Shown: positions 19,595-27,653 of the stretch, one piece after another | Layout: every line of letters starts with the position of its first letter | Numbering within the stretch: position 1 is the first letter of the stretch | Origin: Pseudobutyrivibrio sp. | Lineage (GTDB): Bacteria; Bacteroidota; Bacteroidia; Bacteroidales; Marinilabiliaceae | DNA length: 64,000 nucleotides | Reading direction: 5' to 3' | Assembly (NCBI GenBank): GCA_963639155.1 | Contig: CAVHUG010000010.1 | Coordinates: forward strand, 47,610-111,609 | The notes under the pieces: model-generated | The model's database searches: none | What the model was told of the DNA's origin: nothing | Seen by the model: the letters and a program-made list of their open reading frames with translations, nothing else | Made by a program: the position numbers and the translations under genes

Positions 19595-20476
19595 TTAGTC
19601 GTCGAACTTGCGTCGTCGGAGGATGAAATCTTTGCCGAGGTATACCTCACGGACTTTCTCGTCTCCAGCGAGTTGTTCTGCCGTTCCGGCTCGGAACAGT
19701 TTGCCTTGAACTTGTATGTACGCGCGGTCGCATATGGCGAGCGTCTCGCCTACGTTGTGGTCGGAGATGAGGACTCCGATGTTCTTGTCTTTGAGGTGGG
19801 AGACGATTTTCTGAATGTCGTAGACGGCGATGGGGTCGACTCCCGCGAAGGGTTCGTCGAGCATGATGAATTTGGGGTTTATGGCGAGTGCGCGCGCGAT
19901 TTCCGTCCTGCGTCGCTCGCCGCCGGAGAGCTGGATGCCCTTGCTTTTGCGGATGTGGCTGAGTCCAAATTCGGAGATGAGCTCCTCGAGGCGGGCGAGT
20001 TGGTAGTCCTTGGGGTAGTCGGTCATTTCGAGGACGCCGAGGATGTTGTCTTCGACGCTGAGAGTTCGGAAGACGGAGGCCTCTTGGGCGAGGTATCCGA
20101 CGCCGAGCTGCGCGCGGCGGTAGACGGGGAGGTGTGTTATCTCCTGGTCGTTGAGGTATACGTGTCCCTCGTTGGGCTCGATAAGTCCGACGGTCATGTA
20201 GAAAGTGGTCGTCTTGCCTGCCCCGTTAGGGCCGAGCAGACCGACGATCTCGCCTTGTCGAACCATGATAGAGGGGCCGTCGACGACTTTGCGGGAGCCG
20301 TATATCTTGACGAGTTTCTCGGTGCGGAGGACCATGTGGTCGTCGTCGGGCGTGGGGTCAGGCTCCTCGTAGATGGTTCCGATTTGGAGTTCTCCGGAAT
20401 CTATTTTAGCCCTTATGGCGTCGGACTCGCTCATTGTCTTTGCGGGTTGGACGGGTTGAGGTTGTTGGTCTTCCAT
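19595..20476 (-). CDS. lptB: LPS export ABC transporter ATP-binding protein LptB
   Basis: Walker [17 protein letters not shown] signature LSGGERRR, Walker [10 protein letters not shown]. The start is uncertain: in-frame ATGs occur at 20476, 20434 and 20335, and the last gives a canonical-length protein beginning [13 protein letters not shown]. Confidence 0.9.
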   Translation of the reverse strand: MEDQQPQPVQPAKTMSESDAIRAKIDSGELQIGTIYEEPDPTPDDDHMVLRTEKLVKIYGSRKVVDGPSIMVRQGEIVGLLGPNGAGKTTTFYMTVGLIEPNEGHVYLNDQEITHLPVYRRAQLGVGYLAQEASVFRTLSVEDNILGVLEMTDYPKDYQLARLEELISEFGLSHIRKSKGIQLSGGERRRTEIARALAINPKFIMLDEPFAGVDPIAVYDIQKIVSHLKDKNIGVLISDHNVGETLAICDRAYIQVQGKLFRAGTAEQLAGDEKVREVYLGKDFILRRRKFDD

Positions 20477-20492
20477 GTGTTTGGTGGTGGGG

Positions 20493-21618
20493 TTATTGTT
20501 GGTCTGGTTCGGGGGCTCCGAACTCCATGAGGTAGGCTTTGATGAAGGCGTCGATATCGCCGTCCATGACAGCTTGGACGTTGGAGGTCTGGTATCCTGT
20601 GCGGTGGTCTTTGACGCGTCGGTCGTCGAAGACGTAGCTTCGGATTTGCGATCCCCATTCGATTTTCTTCTTGCCTGCCTCGATTTTGGCCTTGGCGGCG
20701 TTGCGTCGTTTGAGCTCGCGGTCGTAGAGCTGTGAGCGGAGGAGCCTCATGGCGTTTTCGCGGTTCTCTGTCTGCTTGCGCGTCTCGGTGTTCTCGATGA
20801 GGATTTCTTCGGTCTCGCCGGTGTCGGGGTCGGTGTACTGGTATCGGAGTCGGACTCCGGTCTCGACCTTGTTGACGTTCTGACCGCCAGCCCCGCCGGA
20901 ACGGAAGAGGTCCCAAGAGACTTTTGAGGGGTCGACGTAGACCTCTATGGTGTCGTCGACAAGGGGGGTGACGAAGACAGAGGCGAAGGATGTCATGCGT
21001 TTGCCCTGCGCATTGAAGGGGGAGACGCGGACGAGACGGTGGACACCATTCTCGCTTTTGAGGTAGCCGTAGGCTGTGTCGCCCTCAATCTCGAAGGTGA
21101 CAGTTTTTATGCCGGCGTCGTCGCCATCCTGAATGTTGGTTACGGTGACCTTGTAGTTATGAGCTTCTGCCCATCGTTGGTAGAGGCGCATGAGCATTTG
21201 CGCCCAGTCTTGGCTTTCTGTGCCGCCTGCCCCGGCGACGATTTTGAGGACGGCGGAGAGCTGGTCCTCCTCTCCTTGTAGCATGTTGGCGAGTTCGGCC
21301 TCCTCGGTAAGGCGCAGCGCCTCGTTGTAGGCGACATCGACGTCGGCCTCTTCTGTTATTCCCTCTTTGAGGTAGTCCATGGCGAGGTCGAGCTCCTCGG
21401 CGGCGGAGTGGACACGATCATAGGCACCGACCCATTTTTTGTTGGCTCGGACGCGTTTCATTATTTCCTCGCTATGCGCGCGGTCGTCCCAGAATCCTGG
21501 TTCTTGTGCTCGGAGGTCGTCTTCTTGGAGTTCTATACGTCGGCGGTCGACGTCAAAGATACCTCCTTAACGCTTGCTCGCGTTTGTTCAGGTCCTTTAT
21601 TTGGTCCTGTGTTACCAT
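20493..21618 (-). CDS. prfB: Peptide chain release factor 2, made by programmed +1 frameshift: join(21618..21556, 21554..20493) on the minus strand
   Basis: Frame 0 reads [21 protein letters not shown] and then TGA. After the +1 shift the frame reads [24 protein letters not shown] and continues into the 322-aa ORF carrying SPF and GGQ ([17 protein letters not shown]). 21554-21461 is a multiple of 3, confirming frame continuity. Confidence 0.95.
21552..21567 (-). promoter_or_regulatory. prfB recoding signal: SD-like AGGAGG, spacer TAT, slippery/stop CTT TGA C
   Basis: The minus strand reads AGGAGGTATCTTTGAC. This has the same architecture as the classical RF2 autoregulatory frameshift site. 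Confidence 0.9.
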
Positions 21619-21663
21619 GTTCTGTATTATATGGTTACGTGGTTAGAGAATGTGCGTGTGGCG

Positions 21664-21671
21664 CAAAGGTA
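21664..21671 (-). promoter_or_regulatory. -7 promoter box TACCTTTG upstream of prfB
   Basis: The minus strand reads TACCTTTG, 45 nt upstream of the prfB ATG at 21618. Confidence 0.5.
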
Positions 21672-21694
21672 TGGAAATTTTTCGGGAGGGTGCG

Positions 21695-22276
21695 TCATAC
21701 CTCGTCGGCGCCCTCGATGTCGAGCAGCCCGCCTGGCAGTTGGAGCGTGAGGGTTTGCGCCACGTCGTCGATGGCGACTACGAAATCGTCTGTGGCGGGG
21801 AGGAGAACCTCGCGGCCGTCGGCCCGTCGGACGATGAAGAGGGGGTTGGCTGCCACGGTGTCGTCGATTTCCTCGATGATGCCGACCTCGCCCGCGTCGG
21901 TGGAGATGACGGTGTAGCCGATGAGGGGCTGGATCTCCTCGGCGTCCTCGGGGGCGTCGCCCTCTTTGATTGTCGAGACGCAGATTCGGCAGCCGATGAG
22001 AGATTGGGCTTGCGAGACGGACAGGACGGATGCGAGCGTGATGGTTGCCGAGCGGTCGCCTCGTTTTGTGACGGATGCTATTCTCATAGGGACGATGTGC
22101 CCGTCGACGAGGACGAAGAGGAACTGGGCGTCGAAGACATCGTCGGGGTCGGCATCGGGGGCAATCTTGACGAGAATGGCGCCAGACGTGCCGTCGGTCT
22201 TGGTGATTGTGCCGACAGGCTCCGTCGGGGTCGGCGCAGACGGGTTGGTGGGGGAGAATATGGTGTCTATTGTCAT
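21695..22276 (-). CDS. rimM: 16S rRNA processing protein RimM (193 aa from the ATG at 22276)
   Basis: The PRC-barrel C-terminus LIGYTVISTDAGEVGIIEEIDDTVAANPLFIVRRADGREVLLPATDDFVVAID is present. The longer ORF-track start at 22381 would overlap the upstream gene, so MTIDTIF at 22276 is chosen. Confidence 0.85.
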   Translation of the reverse strand: MTIDTIFSPTNPSAPTPTEPVGTITKTDGTSGAILVKIAPDADPDDVFDAQFLFVLVDGHIVPMRIASVTKRGDRSATITLASVLSVSQAQSLIGCRICVSTIKEGDAPEDAEEIQPLIGYTVISTDAGEVGIIEEIDDTVAANPLFIVRRADGREVLLPATDDFVVAIDDVAQTLTLQLPGGLLDIEGADEV

Positions 22277-22296
22277 GGTTGGTGTCGTGGAGGCTC

Positions 22297-24552
22297 TTAT
22301 AGTTTGAGGACGCTGAATTTCGTATGGAAACGCCATTTCTCGCGATATGTGCCGCGGGCGTGGCGAAGGACTTTTACCCATGTGGCTTCGGGGATGGCTT
22401 CGCGACCGACCTCGGGGGGGACGGTGCCGAAGAGAGACATCTGGGTGAGGGCGTCACAGTCATCGAAGGCGTAGTTGCCGATCTTGGAAACGGTTGCGGG
22501 AATGGATATGGAGCTTAGGGATGCGCATGAACGGAAAGCGTCGTCGTCGATGGCGCGTGCGGAGGACGGGATGTTGACCTCGGTGAGAGCGACGCAGTCG
22601 GCGAACAGTCCGTCTGGCACGAGGGCAAGGTTGTTGGGCAGGTGGGCGGCGACGAGGCTGCGGCATCCGCTAAAGACACTCTTGCCGAGCGAGCGCACGG
22701 AGGAGGGAATGTCGATGGATGTGAGGCTGGAGCAATTCTCGAAAGCGCAGTCGGCGACATCTTCGACACCCTCTGGGATGGTGATGCTGCGGAGCGACTG
22801 GCAGGAGCGGAAAGTGCCTGTGGCGATCGAGTAGATGCGGGAGGGGAGCGAGATGTCGGTCAGGCTGTTGCATCCGGCGAAAGCATAGTCGCCGATGGAG
22901 GCTACGGACACGGGAATGTCGATGCTTAGCAGGTTGGAGCAGCCCTCGAAAGCTTGGAGGCCGATCTCATTGACGCCGTTGAGAATCGTGACGCGTGAGA
23001 GGCTGGTGCATCCGCTGAAAACCTTCCAGTCGACGCTGGAGACGGTCTCGGGAATCGTGACCTCGGCGAGGGAGCGGCATCCGCTGAACGCTTCCCACCC
23101 TATCGTCTCAAGGCCGTCGGGCAGGAAGAGAGACGTGAGGCTTGCGCAATCGGAGAAAGCGGCGTCGGAGATGGTGCGGACGCCACTCGGGATGACGATT
23201 TTGGAAAGGGAAGAGCATCGGGAGAAAGCGGCATCGGCGATAGACTCGGCGGCAGGCAGGATGACGGGGCGACCGTCGACGCCACCCTCATAGGACGACG
23301 AGTCCGGCTCGGTGAGGACGACGCGGCGCAGAAGGCTGCATCCCTCGAAGGCCGAGCTGCCGATGTTGGCGACCTCGCCGCTCATGCTGACGCTCTGGAG
23401 CCCAGTGCATTCGGCGAAGGCGTGCGACGGGATGGCGCGGAGCCCATTGGGCATGGTGACGGCCACGAGACCCTCACATCGCCAGAAAGCCGACGGGGCG
23501 AGGGAGGTGACCCTGCGCGGCAGGTAGATGACGAATGGCTCGGGGTTTTTGGGGCAGAAGATGACTCGTGAGGTGTCGGCTGTGAAGAGGACGCCTTGGC
23601 TCTCGAAGAAGAACTTGTTGGCGGAGTCGACGGACAGGCTCGTGAGGTGTCGGCAGCGCGATATGGCGTCGTCTTGAATGACTTGGAGAGATGCGGGGAG
23701 ATGAAGCGAGTCAAGAGCGTCGCAATCGGCGAAGGCACTATTGCCAAGGTAGCGAAGCGAGCGTGGCATGTCGACAGATGAGAGGTTGGTGCAGTTGGCG
23801 AAAGCAGCCCCGCCAATTGACAGGACTCCGTCGTCCAAGACGGCAGTGCTGAGAGCCGTGCATCCGCTAAAAGCAGCTGCCGGGACGTGAGCCAGCGAGC
23901 CGGGGATGTGGACGCTGTCGAGGGCTGTGCACATGTCGAACGCGTTGCGTCCGAGGGCTTTGAGACTGTCGGGCAAGACGATGGAGCGCAGGGCGGTACA
24001 CCTTGCGAAGGCTCGCGTCCCAATGGAAGTGACTGAAGTCGGGATGTTAATGTGCGTGAGTGTCTTGCAGAGGGAGAAGGTGCCGTCGGCGATGTTGTCG
24101 ACGGTGTTAGGGATGTCGTAGCTGGTGAGGTCGGACGCTTTGGGGTAGAGGAGGATGCGCGTCATCTCCTTATCGAAAAGGACGCCGTTGGAAGATTGGA
24201 ATGCGGGGTTGCCCGGGTCGACATTGACGGCGCGGAGGGAAGAGTAGCCGTGGTCGCCGCCGAAATCGACATCGATAGACGTGACAGAGGCGGGGATTTG
24301 GAGCGTCTGCATCTGGCTGCACCAGCGGAACGCCTCGGCCGTGATGGCTGTCACGTGGCGGTTGGCCACGGTGTCGGGGATGACGACATCGGGGACGTCG
24401 TCGACGAAGCATAGGGCGACGGTGGTGTCGGAAGTGAGCGAGAATGTGAGATATCCGCTTTTGAATTTTCCTATGACGGAAGAGGTTGGTTGCGCAGCGA
24501 CGGACAGGAACGTCGAGAGCGCGAGGGTGAGGGTTATGTATAGATTTTTCAT
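22297..24552 (-). CDS. BspA-like leucine-rich-repeat surface/secreted protein (751 aa)
   Basis: Signal peptide MKNLYITLTLALSTFLSVAAQ. More than 20 tandem units of about 23 aa fit the pattern IP.SV..IG..AF..C..L..I. The upstream 72 codons in the ORF track have no signal peptide and are rejected. Confidence 0.85.
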   Translation of the reverse strand: MKNLYITLTLALSTFLSVAAQPTSSVIGKFKSGYLTFSLTSDTTVALCFVDDVPDVVIPDTVANRHVTAITAEAFRWCSQMQTLQIPASVTSIDVDFGGDHGYSSLRAVNVDPGNPAFQSSNGVLFDKEMTRILLYPKASDLTSYDIPNTVDNIADGTFSLCKTLTHINIPTSVTSIGTRAFARCTALRSIVLPDSLKALGRNAFDMCTALDSVHIPGSLAHVPAAAFSGCTALSTAVLDDGVLSIGGAAFANCTNLSSVDMPRSLRYLGNSAFADCDALDSLHLPASLQVIQDDAISRCRHLTSLSVDSANKFFFESQGVLFTADTSRVIFCPKNPEPFVIYLPRRVTSLAPSAFWRCEGLVAVTMPNGLRAIPSHAFAECTGLQSVSMSGEVANIGSSAFEGCSLLRRVVLTEPDSSSYEGGVDGRPVILPAAESIADAAFSRCSSLSKIVIPSGVRTISDAAFSDCASLTSLFLPDGLETIGWEAFSGCRSLAEVTIPETVSSVDWKVFSGCTSLSRVTILNGVNEIGLQAFEGCSNLLSIDIPVSVASIGDYAFAGCNSLTDISLPSRIYSIATGTFRSCQSLRSITIPEGVEDVADCAFENCSSLTSIDIPSSVRSLGKSVFSGCRSLVAAHLPNNLALVPDGLFADCVALTEVNIPSSARAIDDDAFRSCASLSSISIPATVSKIGNYAFDDCDALTQMSLFGTVPPEVGREAIPEATWVKVLRHARGTYREKWRFHTKFSVLKL

Positions 24553-24608
24553 GAAAGTCAGGAAGAGGACGTGTCGCCGAGTGGGGAGTCCGGCATCGTT
24601 ATGGAATA

Positions 24609-24616
24609 CAAAATTA
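24609..24616 (-). promoter_or_regulatory. -7 promoter box TAATTTTG upstream of the LRR gene
   Basis: The minus strand reads TAATTTTG, 56 nt upstream of the ATG at 24552. This also supports the shorter start. Confidence 0.45.
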
Positions 24617-24845
24617 GTTATCTGCGGTTTACGGACGACGGGTAAGTTGTGTTTCAATAGGTAAGGTTCTATGGGAAATGACGTCCCGAGTGATGTTAAA
24701 TTTAGGCAAACGTCCGCAAAATAGTTGTAAATGTGAACATTGAGAGTTTCAAGGGAATAGGAGAACAATTATTTTTACCAATGATTGAATTAGAACACTA
24801 TCACTTACCACAAAAGTAACCCTACCACAAAGAATCAACAGTATT

Positions 24846-25352
24846 ATGAAACGTCTTATCATTCTATTCGCCCTGATGATTTCAGCGACGGGGGCGATGG
24901 GCGCGCAAAATAACAAGGTACGTGCGATATTCATGTTCCAGTTGACGCGCTACTCCTCATGGGAGGTCGAGGCTGGCACGAAATCGTTTGTCGTCACGGT
25001 TGTCGGCGCCGACGATGTCGCAGAAGAATTTGAGAGCGTAACGAGGGGCAAGACCATCCAGGGACTTCCCATCAATGTGGTAAGGTCATCGTCAGCGCGC
25101 AATCTGCCAAAATCTGACGTCATATATTTGGCTCCCAGCTTTGCAGACAGGACTCGCAACGTCATCAGTGACCAGTATGGAAACAAGACCTTGATCATTG
25201 GCGGTCGCGAGGGCATGTGCCAGAACGGGGCGCAGGTGTCGCTCACGGACGATGGCGCGAAAGTAGGCTTCGAGTGGAGCAAGCACAACATCGAAAAGGG
25301 TGGGGTCAAGATCTCCCCAAAAATATTGAGCATGGGCAAGGAGCTTAACTAA
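24846..25352 (+). CDS. YfiR/DUF4154-family periplasmic protein, paralog 1
   Basis: 168 aa with a signal peptide. KVRAIFMFQLTRYSSWE, VTVVGADDVAEEF, SSARNLPKSDVIYLA and KVGFEWSKHNIEKGGVKISPKILSMGKEL follow the YfiR pattern (VKAAFLYxFxxxVEWP ... ICVxG ... LFI ... FxxN...A...GLxISSxLL). Confidence 0.8.
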   Translation: MKRLIILFALMISATGAMGAQNNKVRAIFMFQLTRYSSWEVEAGTKSFVVTVVGADDVAEEFESVTRGKTIQGLPINVVRSSSARNLPKSDVIYLAPSFADRTRNVISDQYGNKTLIIGGREGMCQNGAQVSLTDDGAKVGFEWSKHNIEKGGVKISPKILSMGKELN

Positions 25353-25379
25353 GCGCCTGCTTTCAGATATTGGTTTGAA

Positions 25380-25417
25380 CCGCCGGCTCCCTTTTTGGGG
25401 GTCGGCGGAATTTTTTT
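25380..25417 (+). terminator. Rho-independent terminator after YfiR paralog 1
   Basis: A 12-bp stem (25380-25391 pairs with 25397-25408, two G-U pairs) has a TTTTT loop and is followed by AA and then seven T. Confidence 0.8.
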
Positions 25418-25801
25418 AGGGTCGTCGGCAAAGGTGGCTGTGTGGAAAAACAGGGGTGTTTTTAAGGTTGGAGGAGGGAGTCTCAAAGGGGATATACATG
25501 AAAATGAGTAGTTAATTTGTGTTGGGTGGTATTGTTTTATATAGGTACAGATAAAATGATATTGTTATAATATTTAACCGATTAAGGGTATTGAATTAAA
25601 TTTTTCAGAAAAACACGTAACTTTGGAATGACTTGTTCGTAACAAGTGTTAAAAACAGCCAGAAGACTGGAAGGTAACCCTGGAAGGCGTGATGCCGGTG
25701 GGGAATGAAGGCGCGGGCAGCTTTCCCTGATAAGACCAGCCAGGTTGTTTGACATTCATTTTAAATGCACTTATTCAATAACAGATTTAAAACTTAAGGT
25801 C

Positions 25802-26314
25802 ATGAAGAGATTGTTTTTTATCATTGCGGCGGTGCTTCTCATTGCGGCACCCGCATCGGCTCAACAGCAGCAGTCGAAGGTAAGGGCTATCTTTTTGCTT
25901 CAGTTCGCGAGATATGCGACGTGGCCCGTTGAAGAGAATGACCAGTCGTTTGTCATGACAGTAGTCGGATCGGACGACGTGGCGAGCGAGTTGCGCACGA
26001 TAACGCGCGGCAAGACGATAAAGGGGCGCACGATAGACATCGTGACGTCGACATCGGCTCGCAACCTGCCAAAGAGTGACGTCATTTACCTCGGCGAAGA
26101 GTTTGCAGACAAGACTAAGAACGTCATCGACGACCAGTATGGCCGCAGGACGTTGGTCGTAGGCAGCAAAGAGGGAATGTGCGAGCAAGGCGCCCAAGTG
26201 GCCCTCACTGAGGAAGGCAACAAGATCGGCTTCGAATGGAGCAAGAGGAATGTCGACCGCGGTGGCGTAAGGGTCAACCCGAAAGTTCTGCTTATGGGCA
26301 AAGAGTTGAATTAG
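25802..26314 (+). CDS. YfiR/DUF4154-family periplasmic protein, paralog 2 (170 aa)
   Basis: Begins MKRLFFIIAAVLLIAAPASAQ. It is collinear with paralog 1 and shares KVRAIF, VVGxDDVA, TRGKTI, SSARNLPKSDVIYL, EGMC, GAQV, GFEWSK and MGKELN. Confidence 0.8.
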   Translation: MKRLFFIIAAVLLIAAPASAQQQQSKVRAIFLLQFARYATWPVEENDQSFVMTVVGSDDVASELRTITRGKTIKGRTIDIVTSTSARNLPKSDVIYLGEEFADKTKNVIDDQYGRRTLVVGSKEGMCEQGAQVALTEEGNKIGFEWSKRNVDRGGVRVNPKVLLMGKELN

Positions 26315-26355
26315 TTTTAGTTTTCAAGCGATAGAGTAGTTTATTTGGTTTTTGG

Positions 26356-26393
26356 CCGCCGGCTTTCCACTGACGTGGGAGGCCGGCGGTTTT
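26356..26393 (+). terminator. Rho-independent terminator after YfiR paralog 2
   Basis: CCGCCGGC (26356-26363) pairs with GCCGGCGG (26382-26389). An inner helix extends the stem, and TTTT follows. Confidence 0.7.
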
Positions 26394-26445
26394 GCCTGTG
26401 TGGATGTTGATGACGTTGGGCGTTAGGGGGTTGTAGGAAAATGTT

Positions 26446-26453
26446 TACTTTTG
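26446..26453 (+). promoter_or_regulatory. -7 promoter box TACTTTTG upstream of udk
   Basis: Exact TAnnTTTG match, 20 nt upstream of the ATG at 26474. Confidence 0.55.
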
Positions 26454-26473
26454 GGGGTTAAAACTATCAAGGC

Positions 26474-27082
26474 ATGTTGATCATAGGAATCGCGGGCGGT
26501 TCAGGCTCCGGCAAGACGACGGTCGTCAGGAAACTGGTGTCGAAGATGGACCCGAGCCGCGTGGCAGTAATGAGCCAAGACAACTATTATAATGACAATA
26601 AGCACCTTACTCTCGAGGAGCGCAGGAAGATCAATTTTGACCATCCCGACGCCATCGAGTTCCCGCTCCTCGTCGAGCATCTGAAGGAGCTGAAGGCGGG
26701 TCGTGCGGTGGACATCCCCACATACTCGTTCGTTGTCAGCACGCGAATGGAGGAGACGGAGAGGGTCGAGCCGAGGGATGTCATCATCGTCGAGGGAATA
26801 TTGGTTTTGGCGATTCCGGAACTGAGGGAGCTGATGGACATCAAGGTCTTTGTCGACGCCGACGCCGACGACCGCCTCGCTCGCAGGATTCGCCGCGACG
26901 TGGCGGAGAGGGGTCGCGAGTTGAGCGGCATCCTCGACCACTATGAGGGGACGGTCAAGCCTATGCACCTCCAGTTTGTCGAGCCGTCGAAGCGTTATGC
27001 CGACCTCATCGTGCCGCAAGGAGGAGACAATGAGAGGGCCATCGACGTGTTGCGCCATTTTATTGAGAAGAAGATTGGTTAA
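26474..27082 (+). CDS. udk: Uridine kinase
   Basis: P-loop IGIAGGSGSGKTT, plus NFDHPDAIEF and VIIVEGIL. Confidence 0.93.
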   Translation: MLIIGIAGGSGSGKTTVVRKLVSKMDPSRVAVMSQDNYYNDNKHLTLEERRKINFDHPDAIEFPLLVEHLKELKAGRAVDIPTYSFVVSTRMEETERVEPRDVIIVEGILVLAIPELRELMDIKVFVDADADDRLARRIRRDVAERGRELSGILDHYEGTVKPMHLQFVEPSKRYADLIVPQGGDNERAIDVLRHFIEKKIG

Positions 27083-27091
27083 TTTCGCGGC

Positions 27092-27448
27092 ATGGAAGAT
27101 TTTTTCGTAATCAAGAGTGGAGAGCGTGCCGAAGACGGAACGTGGGTCTTCACGGTCTCGGTCAACGGCGGTCATGAGGTTTTCAAGGGTCACTTTCCCG
27201 GCAAGCCCGTCGTCCCTGGCGTAATGACGCTGATGATGACGCGCAAATGCGTGGAACGGGCTTTGGGGCTTGGCTCGACGAGGATAGCGTCGGTGAAAGA
27301 TGCCAAATATGTGTCTCCGATCGTGCCTGACGGTGTCGACGTGGTGATCTCGTTCACAGTCGACGACGCTCTTGGCGTCCGTGCGGACGTCCGCTCGGCA
27401 GACGGTCGCGAGTTCACGAAGATAAGGATGTCGCTCGTAAGGGAGTAG
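27092..27448 (+). CDS. FabZ/FabA-like hotdog-fold (3R)-hydroxyacyl-ACP dehydratase
   Basis: 118 aa with the catalytic motif HFPGKPVVPGVM. The short single-hotdog size matches the dehydratases found in aryl-polyene/flexirubin clusters. Confidence 0.75.
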   Translation: MEDFFVIKSGERAEDGTWVFTVSVNGGHEVFKGHFPGKPVVPGVMTLMMTRKCVERALGLGSTRIASVKDAKYVSPIVPDGVDVVISFTVDDALGVRADVRSADGREFTKIRMSLVRE

Positions 27449-27653
27449 AGGCGACAGTCTATCCTTTTTCCTCCGATTTTTTAGATACGGCTCGCCTTGG
27501 TGTGCGCTACTGGGGCGAGGTCGTTATTGTGTCCGTGTGTAACGGATTGTCATCAAGTGACGTATGAGTGAAGCGTGTGGCCTCGTCTCCCCAAATTGGC
27601 GTCGCGGTCTCGCGTGGCAATTATAGTCAGGTGTCCATTTTATAGAATCATTT

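Noticed and set aside
22277-24768. Upstream extensions of rimM (to 22381) and of the LRR gene (to 24768)
   Set aside because: The rimM extension overlaps the LRR gene's 3' end. The LRR extension precedes the signal peptide and contains the TAATTTTG promoter box, so the internal ATGs at 22276 and 24552 fit better.
25655-25745. A possible riboswitch (cobalamin B12-box-like AAGACCAGCC, or ZTP/pfl-like GACTGG...CCGGTGGGG...CCAGCCAGG) upstream of YfiR paralog 2
   Set aside because: Only fragmentary resemblance. The conserved cores (GGTG..AA..CC / CCCGCAACTG for B12; GACTGGCG and CCGCCTGGGC for ZTP) are not present. The downstream gene is also not a typical target. I kept it only as an unassigned structured region.
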